From NCBI RefSeq assembly GCF_043585085.1, contig NZ_CP121320.1: DNA of 64,000 nt. The stretch is one strand, 5' to 3'. Of this stretch, positions 48,522 to 59,077 are shown piece after piece; the stretch's first letter is position 1, and every line of letters starts with the position of its first letter. This stretch comes from Hoeflea sp. GTDB lineage: Bacteria > Pseudomonadota > Alphaproteobacteria > Rhizobiales > Rhizobiaceae. The notes below the pieces were generated by a model. The model was not told where the DNA came from and searched no databases. It worked only from the letters and a program-made list of their open reading frames with translations. A program made the position numbers and the translations under genes.

Positions 48522-49730
48522 TCAACTCTTGACAACGCTCAAGCGGCCCGGCTCGGCAGCCGTCATCCATTTTCCAACAATTTCGGAAATGTGTGGAAGT
48601 CCTTCAAGGCGCAATCCGCCCGCTTCGGCGGATGGAGGTGCACGACCGGGCAACGCTTTGAGCGCATCGGCCATGCGCAGCGGCTCAGCGGCTTCTTCAG
48701 GCAACAACATATCGATCAGGCCCAGCTCTGCGGCACGACGGGCGCGGATCAACTGCTCTTCGCGCGGTTTGACGCGCGGAACAATCAGCGCCGGCTTGTC
48801 GAATGACAGAATTTCGCAATAGGTGTTGTAGCCGCCCATGGCGACCACGCCCTTAGCACCTGCTATCAGATCTTCCATGCGGTTGTCGAACTCGATGATC
48901 TCCAAATAGGGGATCTTGCCGCCTTTGCGCTTGAGCTTCCGGCGTTGCTTTGCAGGCATGTAGGGACCCAGCACCACCAGCGCCTTGCAAGTGAGGGTCG
49001 GATCCTGCTGGTAGGCATGAATGACATCGTGAACAAGATCTGCGCCATCACCGCCGCCACCGGTGGTGACGAGAATATAATCCCCTCTTGGCTGGCGATC
49101 AGAATCCTTGTCGCGGGAGGCCCGGCGCTGCAGAAAGCCGACAAAATCCATCTTTGAACGAATGGTGTCGGGCACATCGAGGCCGACAAGCGGATCATAG
49201 AAATCCGGTGGCCCGTACACCCAGATCCGGTCATACAGGCGATCAATCTTCTCCATCACCCCTTTGGCTTTCCACTCCGCATCCAGCAGATGCGGCGCGT
49301 CCATGACTTCGCGCAGGCCAAGCACCAGACGTGTTCCGCGGGTCTTGAGATAGGCAAGCGTATCCTCCACCTCCCCCTTCAGACCAAGGGGCTCCTTGTC
49401 GACGATAAAGATGTCCGGTTTGAAGGTCTCAGCCGTATGGCGGATGATCGAGGTTCGCATTTCAAGCGTGTCGTGCAGATCAATGTGCCGATCGAGCGAG
49501 GTGTATTCGCCATTTCTGAGCTTGATGACACTTGGGATTTTGACGAAATCCACGCGCGCGCGATAGTCAAAGGCACCGGCGATGGTTGCACCGGAGATAA
49601 TGAGAATATTGAGGCCGCGGTAATCCTCGACAAGCGAGTGCGCGATTGTCCGGCAGCGCCGCAAATGCCCCAGGCCAAACGTATCGTGGCTGTACATTAG
49701 AATGCGGGCGTCTTCAAAGCGCTCGATCAT
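48522..49730 (-). CDS. Predicted glycosyltransferase (GT-B, COG4671-like)
   Basis: YSHDTFGLGHLRR, VTTGGGGDG and AMGGYNTYCE. Confidence 0.9.
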   Translation of the reverse strand: MIERFEDARILMYSHDTFGLGHLRRCRTIAHSLVEDYRGLNILIISGATIAGAFDYRARVDFVKIPSVIKLRNGEYTSLDRHIDLHDTLEMRTSIIRHTAETFKPDIFIVDKEPLGLKGEVEDTLAYLKTRGTRLVLGLREVMDAPHLLDAEWKAKGVMEKIDRLYDRIWVYGPPDFYDPLVGLDVPDTIRSKMDFVGFLQRRASRDKDSDRQPRGDYILVTTGGGGDGADLVHDVIHAYQQDPTLTCKALVVLGPYMPAKQRRKLKRKGGKIPYLEIIEFDNRMEDLIAGAKGVVAMGGYNTYCEILSFDKPALIVPRVKPREEQLIRARRAAELGLIDMLLPEEAAEPLRMADALKALPGRAPPSAEAGGLRLEGLPHISEIVGKWMTAAEPGRLSVVKS

Positions 49731-49890
49731 GATTGAAGCCTCGCATCTCCAAATTACAATCCCGGAGCGGCATGAAATCCTCTTGAGCGAGGGACAACAA
49801 AACAAACCTCCAGGTCACGGCTCAAATGCCGTCTGCCTGTTCAAATTATTTGTGAACACTTGTGTCCACTGATCGCATGCCAGAATGCCT

Positions 49891-51783
49891 TCAAACCCGC
49901 AACTCCCGGGCATCGACATTCTTGCGCGCGAGCACCAAATGTCCGTCTCCGAGATCCTTGGCCTGCAACTGTTCATCAGCATCAGAGGCAACAAACATGT
50001 TGCCCCAATTGCTGGTGTCGGACGCTCCGCTGGAGCGCAGCGTGGCAAAATCGAGCGGACGGTCAAGATCCGGAAACGGAACCGCCGCCAACAGAGATTT
50101 TGTATAGGGATGAACCGGGGACCGCATCAACGTGGTCCGCGGCGCCAGTTCAACAATCCGGCCCCCGCACATGACGGCAATACGGTCGGCCATGTAATCG
50201 ACGACGGCGAGATTGTGCGAAATGAACAGATATGTCAGCCCCAGATCCTTTTGAAGGTCCTTCAAGAGGTTGAGAATCTGGGCCTGAACCGACACATCAA
50301 GCGCCGAGACGGGCTCATCGCAGATCAACAGGTCCGGCCCCAGAGCCAGCGCCCTGGCGATCCCGATGCGCTGGCGCTGACCGCCGGAAAAGCTGTGCGG
50401 GTAGCGATTGAGAAAGCGCTTGTCCAACCCGATCGCTTCCATCAGCTTGGCCACGGTCTCAAGCCGCGAGGCCGGGGTGCCGCGCTGATGGATTTCCAAT
50501 GGCTCGAGCAGGATGTTCTGGATTGTCATTCGCGGCGAAAGCGAAGATACCGGATCCTGAAAAACCATCTGGACGCTGGTACGCAAATCCCGCAGTTGCT
50601 GCTCGGAAGCCCCCAGCACGTCAATCTCGCCACCGCGCCCATGGTACATGACGGAGCCCGAATCCGGTGTTACCGCGCGCATCAATATTTTGCTGACGGT
50701 GGTCTTGCCGCAGCCGCTTTCACCCACAAGTCCGAGGCATTCGCCGCGTTTGATGTCAAAGCTCACACCATCGACCGCGCGCACCGATGCGGACTCCTCC
50801 CTCGCAAACATTCCGGATTTGCGAGTGCTGTAGGATTTGACGACATCGCGAACCGTGAGCACCACGTCTGATGCATTGTCGCTCGAAACGGCTTGCTTGC
50901 CCAGAAGGCGTCCGGCGTTAACCGGGATTTCCCGCAAGGCCTTGAGACGTTGACCGGTCTTCATATCAAAGTGCGGCACTGCTGCCATCAAGCCCTTGAG
51001 ATAGGCATGGCCGGGGCGCCGAAAGATGGGCTCAACCTCGCCCGCCTCCATGATCTGCCCGTGGTAGATCACAACCACCTCATCGGCGATGTTGGCGACC
51101 ACACCGAGGTCGTGGGTGATCAGCAGCATCGCCATATTGAACTTCGACTGCAGTTCCAGCAGCAGCTCCAGGATCTGGGCCTGAATGGTAACATCGAGCG
51201 CTGTTGTCGGCTCATCCGCGATCAACAGCGCCGGCCTGCAGACCAATGCCATGGCGATCATTGCGCGCTGACGCATCCCACCGGACAGCTCAAACGGATA
51301 CATATCGAAGGCCCGGCGCGGATTGGGGAACCCAACGAGCCCAAGCATTTCCTCGCTGCGATCGCGCCGTTCGGCTTTGGTCATATTGATGTGGATGCGC
51401 AGGGTTTCGCTGATCTGGTCGCCGATCGTGTGCAGCGGTGACAGGGAGGTCATCGGCTCCTGGAAAATCTTGCCGATGCGCGCGCCACGCAAGGCCCGGA
51501 TTTGCGGACCGTCCTTAGGGAGCGAATTTATGTCGATCGGTTCGGCATCCGTCTCCGGATCGTTGAACAGGATTTTGCCTGTTGCTGCCGCGGTTTTCGG
51601 AAGAATGCCCATCACGGACTGGCTGATGACCGATTTGCCGGATCCCGACTCCCCGACGAGGGCTGTGACCTTTCCCGGCAGCACCCTGAGACTTGCGTCC
51701 TTGACGGCGTCAAGCTGTCCGCCAAGAAGCGAAAATGAAATCCTGAGGTTCTCGATGCGCAGAAGGTCGGAACCTGAAGACAT
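49891..51783 (-). CDS. Fused double ATPase of a Dpp/Opp-type ABC importer
   Basis: GESGSGKS/LSGGMRQR/IADEPT and GESGCGKT/FSGGQRQR/ICDEPV, all intact. Confidence 0.95.
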   Translation of the reverse strand: MSSGSDLLRIENLRISFSLLGGQLDAVKDASLRVLPGKVTALVGESGSGKSVISQSVMGILPKTAAATGKILFNDPETDAEPIDINSLPKDGPQIRALRGARIGKIFQEPMTSLSPLHTIGDQISETLRIHINMTKAERRDRSEEMLGLVGFPNPRRAFDMYPFELSGGMRQRAMIAMALVCRPALLIADEPTTALDVTIQAQILELLLELQSKFNMAMLLITHDLGVVANIADEVVVIYHGQIMEAGEVEPIFRRPGHAYLKGLMAAVPHFDMKTGQRLKALREIPVNAGRLLGKQAVSSDNASDVVLTVRDVVKSYSTRKSGMFAREESASVRAVDGVSFDIKRGECLGLVGESGCGKTTVSKILMRAVTPDSGSVMYHGRGGEIDVLGASEQQLRDLRTSVQMVFQDPVSSLSPRMTIQNILLEPLEIHQRGTPASRLETVAKLMEAIGLDKRFLNRYPHSFSGGQRQRIGIARALALGPDLLICDEPVSALDVSVQAQILNLLKDLQKDLGLTYLFISHNLAVVDYMADRIAVMCGGRIVELAPRTTLMRSPVHPYTKSLLAAVPFPDLDRPLDFATLRSSGASDTSNWGNMFVASDADEQLQAKDLGDGHLVLARKNVDARELRV

Positions 51784-51923
51784 AGGTCATTATCTCATTG
51801 ATACAGCGTCGAACGGCTGAGACGTTATCGCACAGTTCCCAAGCTGTCCATGACCTATACGCCAAGTGTAACAGAGGCGTGAAAACATGTTGGCGACGGG
51901 CACGGGAGACATGCTTGCACGCC

Positions 51924-52910
51924 CTAATTGATCTCCGCGCAGAGCGCGCTGTCCGTGAGCACCTCTTCGCATTTCAGACTACGGCGGAAATCATCATAGT
52001 ACATGGTCCATTCATTGTCGGCCGCAGCCCGGTAAGGGCCAAACTTGAAATATTGGTTTTTACCCAGTCCATGGTCATTGTGGCCGATGTGCCCCTTTAC
52101 GGTGACCACCCATTGGTTATTGGCAAAAATCTCGATGTGTCCGGTTCCGTCGGGACCCGGTTTTGAGAGGATGGCAAAATCCATCCAGCCCGACGTCGGA
52201 AGCGGCAACGGGCTTCCGCGATCGATAACGGTCAACTTGTCCGAACAGGAATTGAACAACGCACCATCTTCGGGTTCAAACTCGGAATCGGTGGCCACCA
52301 GCGCGCGGATCTGGTTGGTGTCCGGGCGAAGCCAGACTTGCGTTATACCGTCTTCGCAGTCAGCGGGAACGCCCTTGGGGCCTGTCGACAGGCCGGGATA
52401 GTAGTTCGTCTCAACCGTCGCAAACAGCCGACCATTGTAGACCCTGAGCGCCAGCAGCGGGCTGAAATTGCCGACGGCCTCGGGGCCGATTTCGCGCTTC
52501 CACTGGGCGATCACATAACGGTGCTTGTCCTCCGGAACGGGGTCACCGAACTTGACAGCGAAACCGAACCAGACTGGGATGTCATAAGGCACCCTGAGCG
52601 GGGTCTTTTCCCAGATTTCCGCACGTTCACTGCACCCGTCGCTGTCGGCTGGGCAGATCGGCTTGACGCCCAGTTTGAGCGCGCCCGCGCCGTTGAATTT
52701 TTCCGTTTTCTCAAATTCCACGATGCCTGCGGACTGTTCGAAATTGTCACGGTAATAAAGACCACCCTCGGGGCTAAAATCGTCACCGTCAAAACCATCG
52801 ACAAGCGTCTTTTTCCATTCCTGCGCCGCTGCCGGCAAAACACCTGATGAAACACTGATTGCGAGAGCAACCAGGGTACGCGTTGCAATGGCGCCAATTC
52901 GAACGTTCAT
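51924..52910 (-). CDS. Exported polysaccharide lyase-like protein (jelly-roll)
   Basis: Signal peptide ending AAA-QE; ERAEI, WFGFAV, VIAQWK and YFKFGPYR; SD GGAGA. Confidence 0.75.
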   Translation of the reverse strand: MNVRIGAIATRTLVALAISVSSGVLPAAAQEWKKTLVDGFDGDDFSPEGGLYYRDNFEQSAGIVEFEKTEKFNGAGALKLGVKPICPADSDGCSERAEIWEKTPLRVPYDIPVWFGFAVKFGDPVPEDKHRYVIAQWKREIGPEAVGNFSPLLALRVYNGRLFATVETNYYPGLSTGPKGVPADCEDGITQVWLRPDTNQIRALVATDSEFEPEDGALFNSCSDKLTVIDRGSPLPLPTSGWMDFAILSKPGPDGTGHIEIFANNQWVVTVKGHIGHNDHGLGKNQYFKFGPYRAAADNEWTMYYDDFRRSLKCEEVLTDSALCAEIN

Positions 52911-53011
52911 GTTGTCTCCGATTTTTTCATCAGGATCAGATATACTTAGATGGCAGATTGCAAAGTTATCTGTTGCCGTCAAGAACAGTCAGCAATTTCA
53001 ACCAAAAGGTT

Positions 53012-54163
53012 TCAATGAGGCTCCCGCAACTGCTTTGCAGCCTCGGCATAGCCGCCGGCCGCCCCGTCCACAAAGTGCATGTGATCGCGTTCAATCGCGG
53101 AGGGCACGATACATGTCATCAGGGCCGCGTTCTGGCTGTGAATTCCATAGCGGCAGACACCGGAGGCGACGGCCTTGTCAAGCAGCTCGACAAGGCCGCG
53201 CTTGGTCGAAGCACTGATGTCGACGGTTAGTTTCAACCCGTCGTCAAACTTCCGGAAATCGGTGTTCAACGCCACATCGCGAAGATAGTCCCGCGAGCTG
53301 AAACCGCCGACACGCCCGTTGAAGACACCCAGGATCACAACCACAAGCCAATCGCGAAAAATGGAGAGGCGCGCTTTCATGCGGCTGCCCTGCGGTGGAG
53401 TGGCTTTGGCCTCGGCTTCGACACCATCGAGCGCCAGGCCGTAACTCGGTCCGCTTGACGGAATCGGGTGTCCGTTGCGATCCTCCGTCCCGAGCAGGGC
53501 AAGAACATCGGAAACAAGAGTGGCAAAGACACCGCTGCCGGAGCCCTGCACCGGCAGTATGATGACGGAAACAATCTGGTCGTGACGCGCCCGGATCGGG
53601 CTCCAGCGGCAGGACAATCCGGTGAGATCTGGCATTGATCCTTCAGGCGCCTTCTCAATCCGGAACCGGCCTGCCTTCATCTCAGCTTCAGCCCAGGATG
53701 CACCGCCGCCTGCGAACATGGCATAAGTCACATTCGGGCTCGCCTGATAGCGGGCCACCCTGACCTCAAGGCCATTGGCCTCGATTTCGGAAACGGGCAC
53801 GATTGCGCCACGCAATTCGATGCCAAGTTCTTCACCGACCCATCGCACCACCGCCGAAAGCGCGGTCCTTGCCGCCTCGACACCATCCGGCGGGATCGCG
53901 ACGCTGGCCCCATCACCGCCAAAAACGAACAGCAATTCGCGTCCCTTCAAGGCGTTGAGCATCGCCGAGATCACCGAGGCTCCGGCCATGTTGACGGACT
54001 TGTATTTTCCTTTGGAAATTGCGCCGGTCGAATCCACCACATCGGCAACCGCCAGTGACCAATTGCCGGGCAAGGCGCGGTATCGCGAGACGTCTTCGAC
54101 GCCTTCAAAATCGGTGAATGTGGGAAGCCCGGCCAGAAAGTCGTCTTGCGCTGCTTTGTCCAT
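53012..54163 (-). CDS. DUF3095 family, nucleotide-cyclase-like protein
   Basis: ADVVDST, YKSVNMAGA and FVFGGDGA; C-terminal HFVDGAAGGYAEAA. Confidence 0.8.
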   Translation of the reverse strand: MDKAAQDDFLAGLPTFTDFEGVEDVSRYRALPGNWSLAVADVVDSTGAISKGKYKSVNMAGASVISAMLNALKGRELLFVFGGDGASVAIPPDGVEAARTALSAVVRWVGEELGIELRGAIVPVSEIEANGLEVRVARYQASPNVTYAMFAGGGASWAEAEMKAGRFRIEKAPEGSMPDLTGLSCRWSPIRARHDQIVSVIILPVQGSGSGVFATLVSDVLALLGTEDRNGHPIPSSGPSYGLALDGVEAEAKATPPQGSRMKARLSIFRDWLVVVILGVFNGRVGGFSSRDYLRDVALNTDFRKFDDGLKLTVDISASTKRGLVELLDKAVASGVCRYGIHSQNAALMTCIVPSAIERDHMHFVDGAAGGYAEAAKQLREPH

Positions 54164-54265
54164 TTCCAGCCTCTATCGCGTTTCACAGGCATCCGGCATT
54201 GCCGAGGCTGACACCGGCACACAATGGCAGGTCTGATCAGCATGCACACCGATGCCAGATGGACC

Positions 54266-55303
54266 TTATGAATCAGAAGGCAATGTGTGGAAGTCGAAAC
54301 TGGTTCCTTCGCGCACATACCAATCCACAAACGCCCTCACTCCGGTTTCCAGCGACGTCTGGGGCTTTGAGCCGGTCAACGCCACCAGTAGCTCGGCATC
54401 TGCGAAGGTTTTCTCCATATCACCCGTTTGCATCGGCAACAGTTTGCGCTTTGCCGGTTTGCCCACGGCCTTTTCGATCATCTCGATGAACTCGAGCAGG
54501 CCGAAGGGTGTGCCACCTCCGATATTGACCACACGGTAAGGCGCCATTGCCGAGAGCGTGTCCTTGACAGCGTCTGATTTGACCCGGTTGGCCTCCGAGG
54601 GAACGATCCGCGAAAGATCGACAATCGATGCGATGAGATCATCAATAAAGGTGAAATCGCGGCTCATCCGGCCTTCACCGTAGATCTCGATTTCCCTGTC
54701 TTCGAGAATGGCTTTTGTGAACTTGAACAGCGCCATGTCGGGGCGCCCCCAAGGTCCGTACACCGTGAAAAAGCGAAAGGCCGTCGTCGGAATCCTGTAA
54801 ATATGGGAATAGCTGTGCGCCATGGCCTCCATGGCTTTCTTGCTGGCGGCATAGAAAGTCAGTTGCTCGTCCGCCTTGTCCTGTTCGGAATAGGGAATTG
54901 ATTGGTTGGCACCATAGATCGAGGATGTCGATGCGAGCATCAAATGCGACACATCGAGAGCGCGCGCCAGTTCCAACACGTTCCAGGAACCGGTGATGTT
55001 TGAATCAAAATAGGCTTTGGGATTTTCGACGCTGTAACGCACACCGGCCTGGCCTGCGAGATGGATTATGACATCGGGCCGCTCGGCCGCAGCATTGTGC
55101 AGCGCCGCCGCATCTTCGAGCATGCCGATGACGGCTGTGAAGTTCGGGTCGCGTTCGAGGATCGAATGCCGCTTTTGCTTGAGGCGGACATCGTAGTAGG
55201 AGGTCATGCCATCAAACCCGACGACGGTATGGCCATCCTCAAGGAGCCGCTTTGCCAGGTGAAATCCGACGAAGCCGGCTGTTCCCGTAATCAAGTATCG
55301 CAT
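54266..55303 (-). CDS. NAD-dependent epimerase, UDP-glucuronate 4-epimerase-like
   Basis: [38 protein letters not shown] and RDFTFIDD. Confidence 0.92.
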   Translation of the reverse strand: MRYLITGTAGFVGFHLAKRLLEDGHTVVGFDGMTSYYDVRLKQKRHSILERDPNFTAVIGMLEDAAALHNAAAERPDVIIHLAGQAGVRYSVENPKAYFDSNITGSWNVLELARALDVSHLMLASTSSIYGANQSIPYSEQDKADEQLTFYAASKKAMEAMAHSYSHIYRIPTTAFRFFTVYGPWGRPDMALFKFTKAILEDREIEIYGEGRMSRDFTFIDDLIASIVDLSRIVPSEANRVKSDAVKDTLSAMAPYRVVNIGGGTPFGLLEFIEMIEKAVGKPAKRKLLPMQTGDMEKTFADAELLVALTGSKPQTSLETGVRAFVDWYVREGTSFDFHTLPSDS

Positions 55304-55541
55304 GAATTTGTGAGCTTTCAGTGGAAATAGGTTTGCAAAAAGCGAGCCTGGTCTTAAGCACGGCCAATCCCCCAGGTGGTCGCCCCGGCGGCCAAGGCCC
55401 TCGGCGACAGCTGCACCATTTGGTCTTCGGCGGTTTGACACTTATATGTAGGCCAAACTGAATGGCAATAGTGGGGCAAAGCCTCCCCGGCACCGATTTT
55501 GCCTCGGGCAAAGACGGCAATATGAAAAGTAAGGGCACAGA

Positions 55542-56912
55542 GTGAGCGAAGCTGGCACGGAGATATCCGAGACACTGATGGATCGTGTCGTGGCATGGAT
55601 GCGGCAGACCGCATTGCAGGGCGGCGACCTACGGACAATCGTTGTCGGAACCTGCGAGCGGCTGACAGCTGCGGGGCTTCCGCTGGCAAGGGCGCATCTG
55701 AGCTTCTCGATGCTGCATCCACTCTACGACGCGTCAAGCTTTACCTGGCGCCGCGGGGCAGAGATTCAAACACAGGATTTTGCGAATATCAGGGACGATA
55801 TAAAGCCCGAAACCTTCGCAGCGAGCCCGTATTATTATCTGATGAAGAACGACCTTGATCATTTGCGGCGCCGGCTTTCGGACACGGCCTCGACCGAGTT
55901 TCCGATCTTCAAGGATCTGCACGAACTCGGGATCACCGATTATCTGGCCTTCGTGCAATCGTTCGAGGAGCCAAACCGGGGAATGCTGGGATCCTGGGCG
56001 ACCGATGCAAAAAGCGGCTTCAGCGATGACATGATCAAGGCTCTCTTGCGCATCGAGGGCAACCTTGCGATGGCGGCACGCATCGCCGTTCTGGGTCAGC
56101 TGGCGGAAAACATGCTGACCACCTATATCGGCGGCGATGCAGGAAAGAGGGTCCTGTCCGGTCAAATCCGTCGCGGCGACGGCGAGACCGTGCGCGCGAT
56201 GCTGGTAATGGGAGACATGCGAGGCTCAACCCATCTTGCGGAAGGCAACAGCCGCCAGACTTTCATCGACACGCTGAATGATTTTTTCGACGCCATTGCA
56301 CTGCCGTTCAATCGAAATGGCGGCGAAATTCTCAGTTTCATCGGCGACGGATTTCTCGCAGTCTATCCCTGCGATCGCCACCGGGTGCCATCCGAACTGG
56401 CGGCAAAGGCCGCAATGGCGGCCGTAAGGCAAGCCAATGCTCGCATGAGCGCACTTAATGCCAGCCGCACACATCTCGGTCTGGATCCGATCGGTTTCGG
56501 ACTGGGATTGCATGTCGGCAATGTGATGTATGGCAATGTCGGGCTGAAAAACCGTTTGGCGTTTTCCGCCTTCGGCGCCTCGGTCAATGAGGTGCAGCGG
56601 CTCGAGGGCCTCACCAAAAAGCTGCAAAGCCCCGTGGTGGCGAGCGAGGAGTTCGTGAAATATTGCGGCGGCGACTGGATCTCGCGCGGTGAGGAACAAT
56701 TGCGCGGCATCGACCACAAGGTCTCGGTGTATGTGCCAAGCGCATCCAACATCGAGCTGAAAGCCTCCGACGCTTTTGTGGACAGCGCCCACAAGCCCCG
56801 TTCTGATGCCGAAGAGGTTATGGACCTGATCCAGAGCAGCAGGCTTACCCAAAAAGATGCGGCAGGGGCGAGAAAGCTCACCAACCACTTGATCACAAAC
56901 TCGACAAGCTGA
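55542..56912 (+). CDS. Soluble class III nucleotidyl cyclase with N-terminal GAF-like domain
   Basis: GDMRGST, SFIGDG, GLHVG, GNVG and VNEVQRLE. Confidence 0.92.
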   Translation: MSEAGTEISETLMDRVVAWMRQTALQGGDLRTIVVGTCERLTAAGLPLARAHLSFSMLHPLYDASSFTWRRGAEIQTQDFANIRDDIKPETFAASPYYYLMKNDLDHLRRRLSDTASTEFPIFKDLHELGITDYLAFVQSFEEPNRGMLGSWATDAKSGFSDDMIKALLRIEGNLAMAARIAVLGQLAENMLTTYIGGDAGKRVLSGQIRRGDGETVRAMLVMGDMRGSTHLAEGNSRQTFIDTLNDFFDAIALPFNRNGGEILSFIGDGFLAVYPCDRHRVPSELAAKAAMAAVRQANARMSALNASRTHLGLDPIGFGLGLHVGNVMYGNVGLKNRLAFSAFGASVNEVQRLEGLTKKLQSPVVASEEFVKYCGGDWISRGEEQLRGIDHKVSVYVPSASNIELKASDAFVDSAHKPRSDAEEVMDLIQSSRLTQKDAAGARKLTNHLITNSTS

Positions 56913-57128
56913 CGGTTTTCAGCAACCGTACCGCCTGTGACCAGGTCTGATACCGCTCCAAGCCCTCCGGGTTGCTTGCCGCTGCAATCTGAAGCTTTCA
57001 CAATTGCCGGTATGGATGGACAGTCCCAAAGGTCTGGGATACGGTTTTGTCTCGGTGATGAATTGCCGAGGCAGGCGGGGCATAGAAACACCTATTACCT
57101 CAGCAGGTAAGCCGTGTGTGTTTTGATC

Positions 57129-57148
57129 TGTTTCGCAATTGCGTAACA
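57129..57148. promoter_or_regulatory. 20-bp palindrome, candidate operator
   Basis: TGTTTCGCAATTGCGTAACA, 18 of 20 positions self-complementary, 21 nt before the SBP start. Confidence 0.5.
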
Positions 57149-57169
57149 AGACTATGATCAAGTGGGACC

Positions 57170-59077
57170 ATGGCTTTGATCAAGAGGCGCACAGTACTTG
57201 GCATGCTCGCCGCAGCTGCAACTCCGGCAATTGCGCGGGCGACTCCTGTTGAACAGGATTTCTTCAAGGATCAGGTTGCAAAAGGTGCCCTGCCCGCGGT
57301 CAAAGACCGGCTTCCGCTGGTTCCACGGATTGTCAATCTCAGGAAAAAAGGCCGGGAGCCCGGCGCGCATGGCGGCACTGTCCGCATGCTCATTGGCCGG
57401 CAAAAAGATATCCGGCTGATGACCATCAACGGCTACGCCCGCCTCGTCGGCTATGACGAACAGCTTGAGCTCCAACCCGATATTCTCAAGAGTTACGAAC
57501 AGATCGACGACCGGATCTTCACATTCCACCTGCGCCCCGGTCATCGCTGGTCGGATGGAAGCCCGTTTACGAGCGAAGACTTCCGGTATTATTGGGAAGA
57601 CGTGCTGACCAACAAGAAATTGCGCAGGCGGGGTCTGCCGCGGGAACTGCTGTCGCAAGGCAAGCCGCCGATTTTCGAAGTTATCGATGAACTGACCGTG
57701 CGATATACCTGGGGCAGTCCGCATCCGGGTTTCCTGCAGAGCCTGGCCTCCGCGCAGGCGCTGACACTCGCCCTGCCGTCCGCCTACATGAAGCAGTTTC
57801 ATGTCGATTATGTCGGCGAGGAAAAGGTCGCCGAAGCAATCGAAAAATACAGGGTCGAAACCTGGGCGGATCTGCACACCAAGCTGTCGAGAAGTTATCG
57901 TCCCGAAAACCCGGATCTACCAACACTTGATCCCTGGATGAACACCACCGAGCCCCCGGCTCAGCAGTTCGTATTCGAGCGGAATCCCTATTTCCACAGG
58001 ATCGATGAGAACGGGCTTCAGTTGCCCTATGTTGACCGGTACCTGCTCAATGTCAGCTCCTCGGACATCATTTCCGCCAAGACCGGAGCCGGCGAAACAG
58101 ACCTGCAGATCAGCAATCTGGACTTCTCCGACTACACCTTTCTCAAATCGGCCGAGAAACTGCATCCGGTGAGTGTCAGTCTCTGGAAGCGGGTTCAGGG
58201 ATCACGCATTGCGCTGTTTCCAAACCTGAACTGCGCCGATTTGGCTTGGCGGGAGTTTCTGCGTAATCTCAATGTCCGGCGGGCGCTCTCGCTTGCGATC
58301 AACCGTCACGAAATCAACATGGTGTCGTTTTTCGGCCTGGCGCGCGAAAGCGCAGACACCGTGCTGAAAGAAAGCCCGCTCTACCGGAAGGAATATGCGG
58401 AAGCATGGGCGCAGTTCGACCCGGCTCAAGCGAATGCGCTTCTCGACAAGGCAGGCTATGCCGAACGAAACAGCTCCGGGATTCGCCTGTTGTCAGATGG
58501 CCGACCGATCGAAATCGTCATCGAAACCGCAGGCGAGAGCAATCTGGAAACCGATGTCCTCGAACTGGTGATCGATCACTGGCGGGCGATCGGTCTGGCC
58601 CCGTTTACCCGTGTTTCTCAGCGGGACATTTTCAGAAGCCGCGCCATCGCAGGCGAAACCAAGATGGCCGTCTGGGTCGGTCTCGACAACGGCGTGCCGA
58701 CCGTCGACATGTCACCCGAAGGACTGGCGCCAACCGCCGACGACCAGATGCAGTGGCCGCTCTGGGGCATGAACCATATCACCCAGGGCAAGGAAGGCCT
58801 GCCGATTGACATGCCGGAGCCCAAACGCTTGCTTGATCTCTTCGAATCCTGGGAACGCTCGACCAGCACGGCGCAACGCGAACAGATCTGGCATGAGATG
58901 CTGGCGATCCGGGCAGAAAATGTCTTCTCAATCGGCATCGTCAATGCCGCCTTGCAGCCGATTGTCCGATCATCGCGCTTGAAGAATGTCCCCGAAGAAG
59001 CACTCTACGGCTTTGCGCCGACCTGCTATTTCGGGGTCTATATGCCTGATACCTTCTGGTTTGATGAAAGCGCCTGA
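57170..59077 (+). CDS. ABC substrate-binding protein, family 5 (Dpp/Opp), Tat-like signal
   Basis: KRRTVLG signal, LPAVKDRLP, FHLRPGHRWSDG and FERNPYF. Confidence 0.93.
   Translation: MALIKRRTVLGMLAAAATPAIARATPVEQDFFKDQVAKGALPAVKDRLPLVPRIVNLRKKGREPGAHGGTVRMLIGRQKDIRLMTINGYARLVGYDEQLELQPDILKSYEQIDDRIFTFHLRPGHRWSDGSPFTSEDFRYYWEDVLTNKKLRRRGLPRELLSQGKPPIFEVIDELTVRYTWGSPHPGFLQSLASAQALTLALPSAYMKQFHVDYVGEEKVAEAIEKYRVETWADLHTKLSRSYRPENPDLPTLDPWMNTTEPPAQQFVFERNPYFHRIDENGLQLPYVDRYLLNVSSSDIISAKTGAGETDLQISNLDFSDYTFLKSAEKLHPVSVSLWKRVQGSRIALFPNLNCADLAWREFLRNLNVRRALSLAINRHEINMVSFFGLARESADTVLKESPLYRKEYAEAWAQFDPAQANALLDKAGYAERNSSGIRLLSDGRPIEIVIETAGESNLETDVLELVIDHWRAIGLAPFTRVSQRDIFRSRAIAGETKMAVWVGLDNGVPTVDMSPEGLAPTADDQMQWPLWGMNHITQGKEGLPIDMPEPKRLLDLFESWERSTSTAQREQIWHEMLAIRAENVFSIGIVNAALQPIVRSSRLKNVPEEALYGFAPTCYFGVYMPDTFWFDESA

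Noticed and set aside
49838-49858. TGTTC-N11-GAACA dyad between the ABC ATPase and the first GT
   Set aside because: Imperfect, with spacing unlike Clr or PpsR boxes; no second copy found
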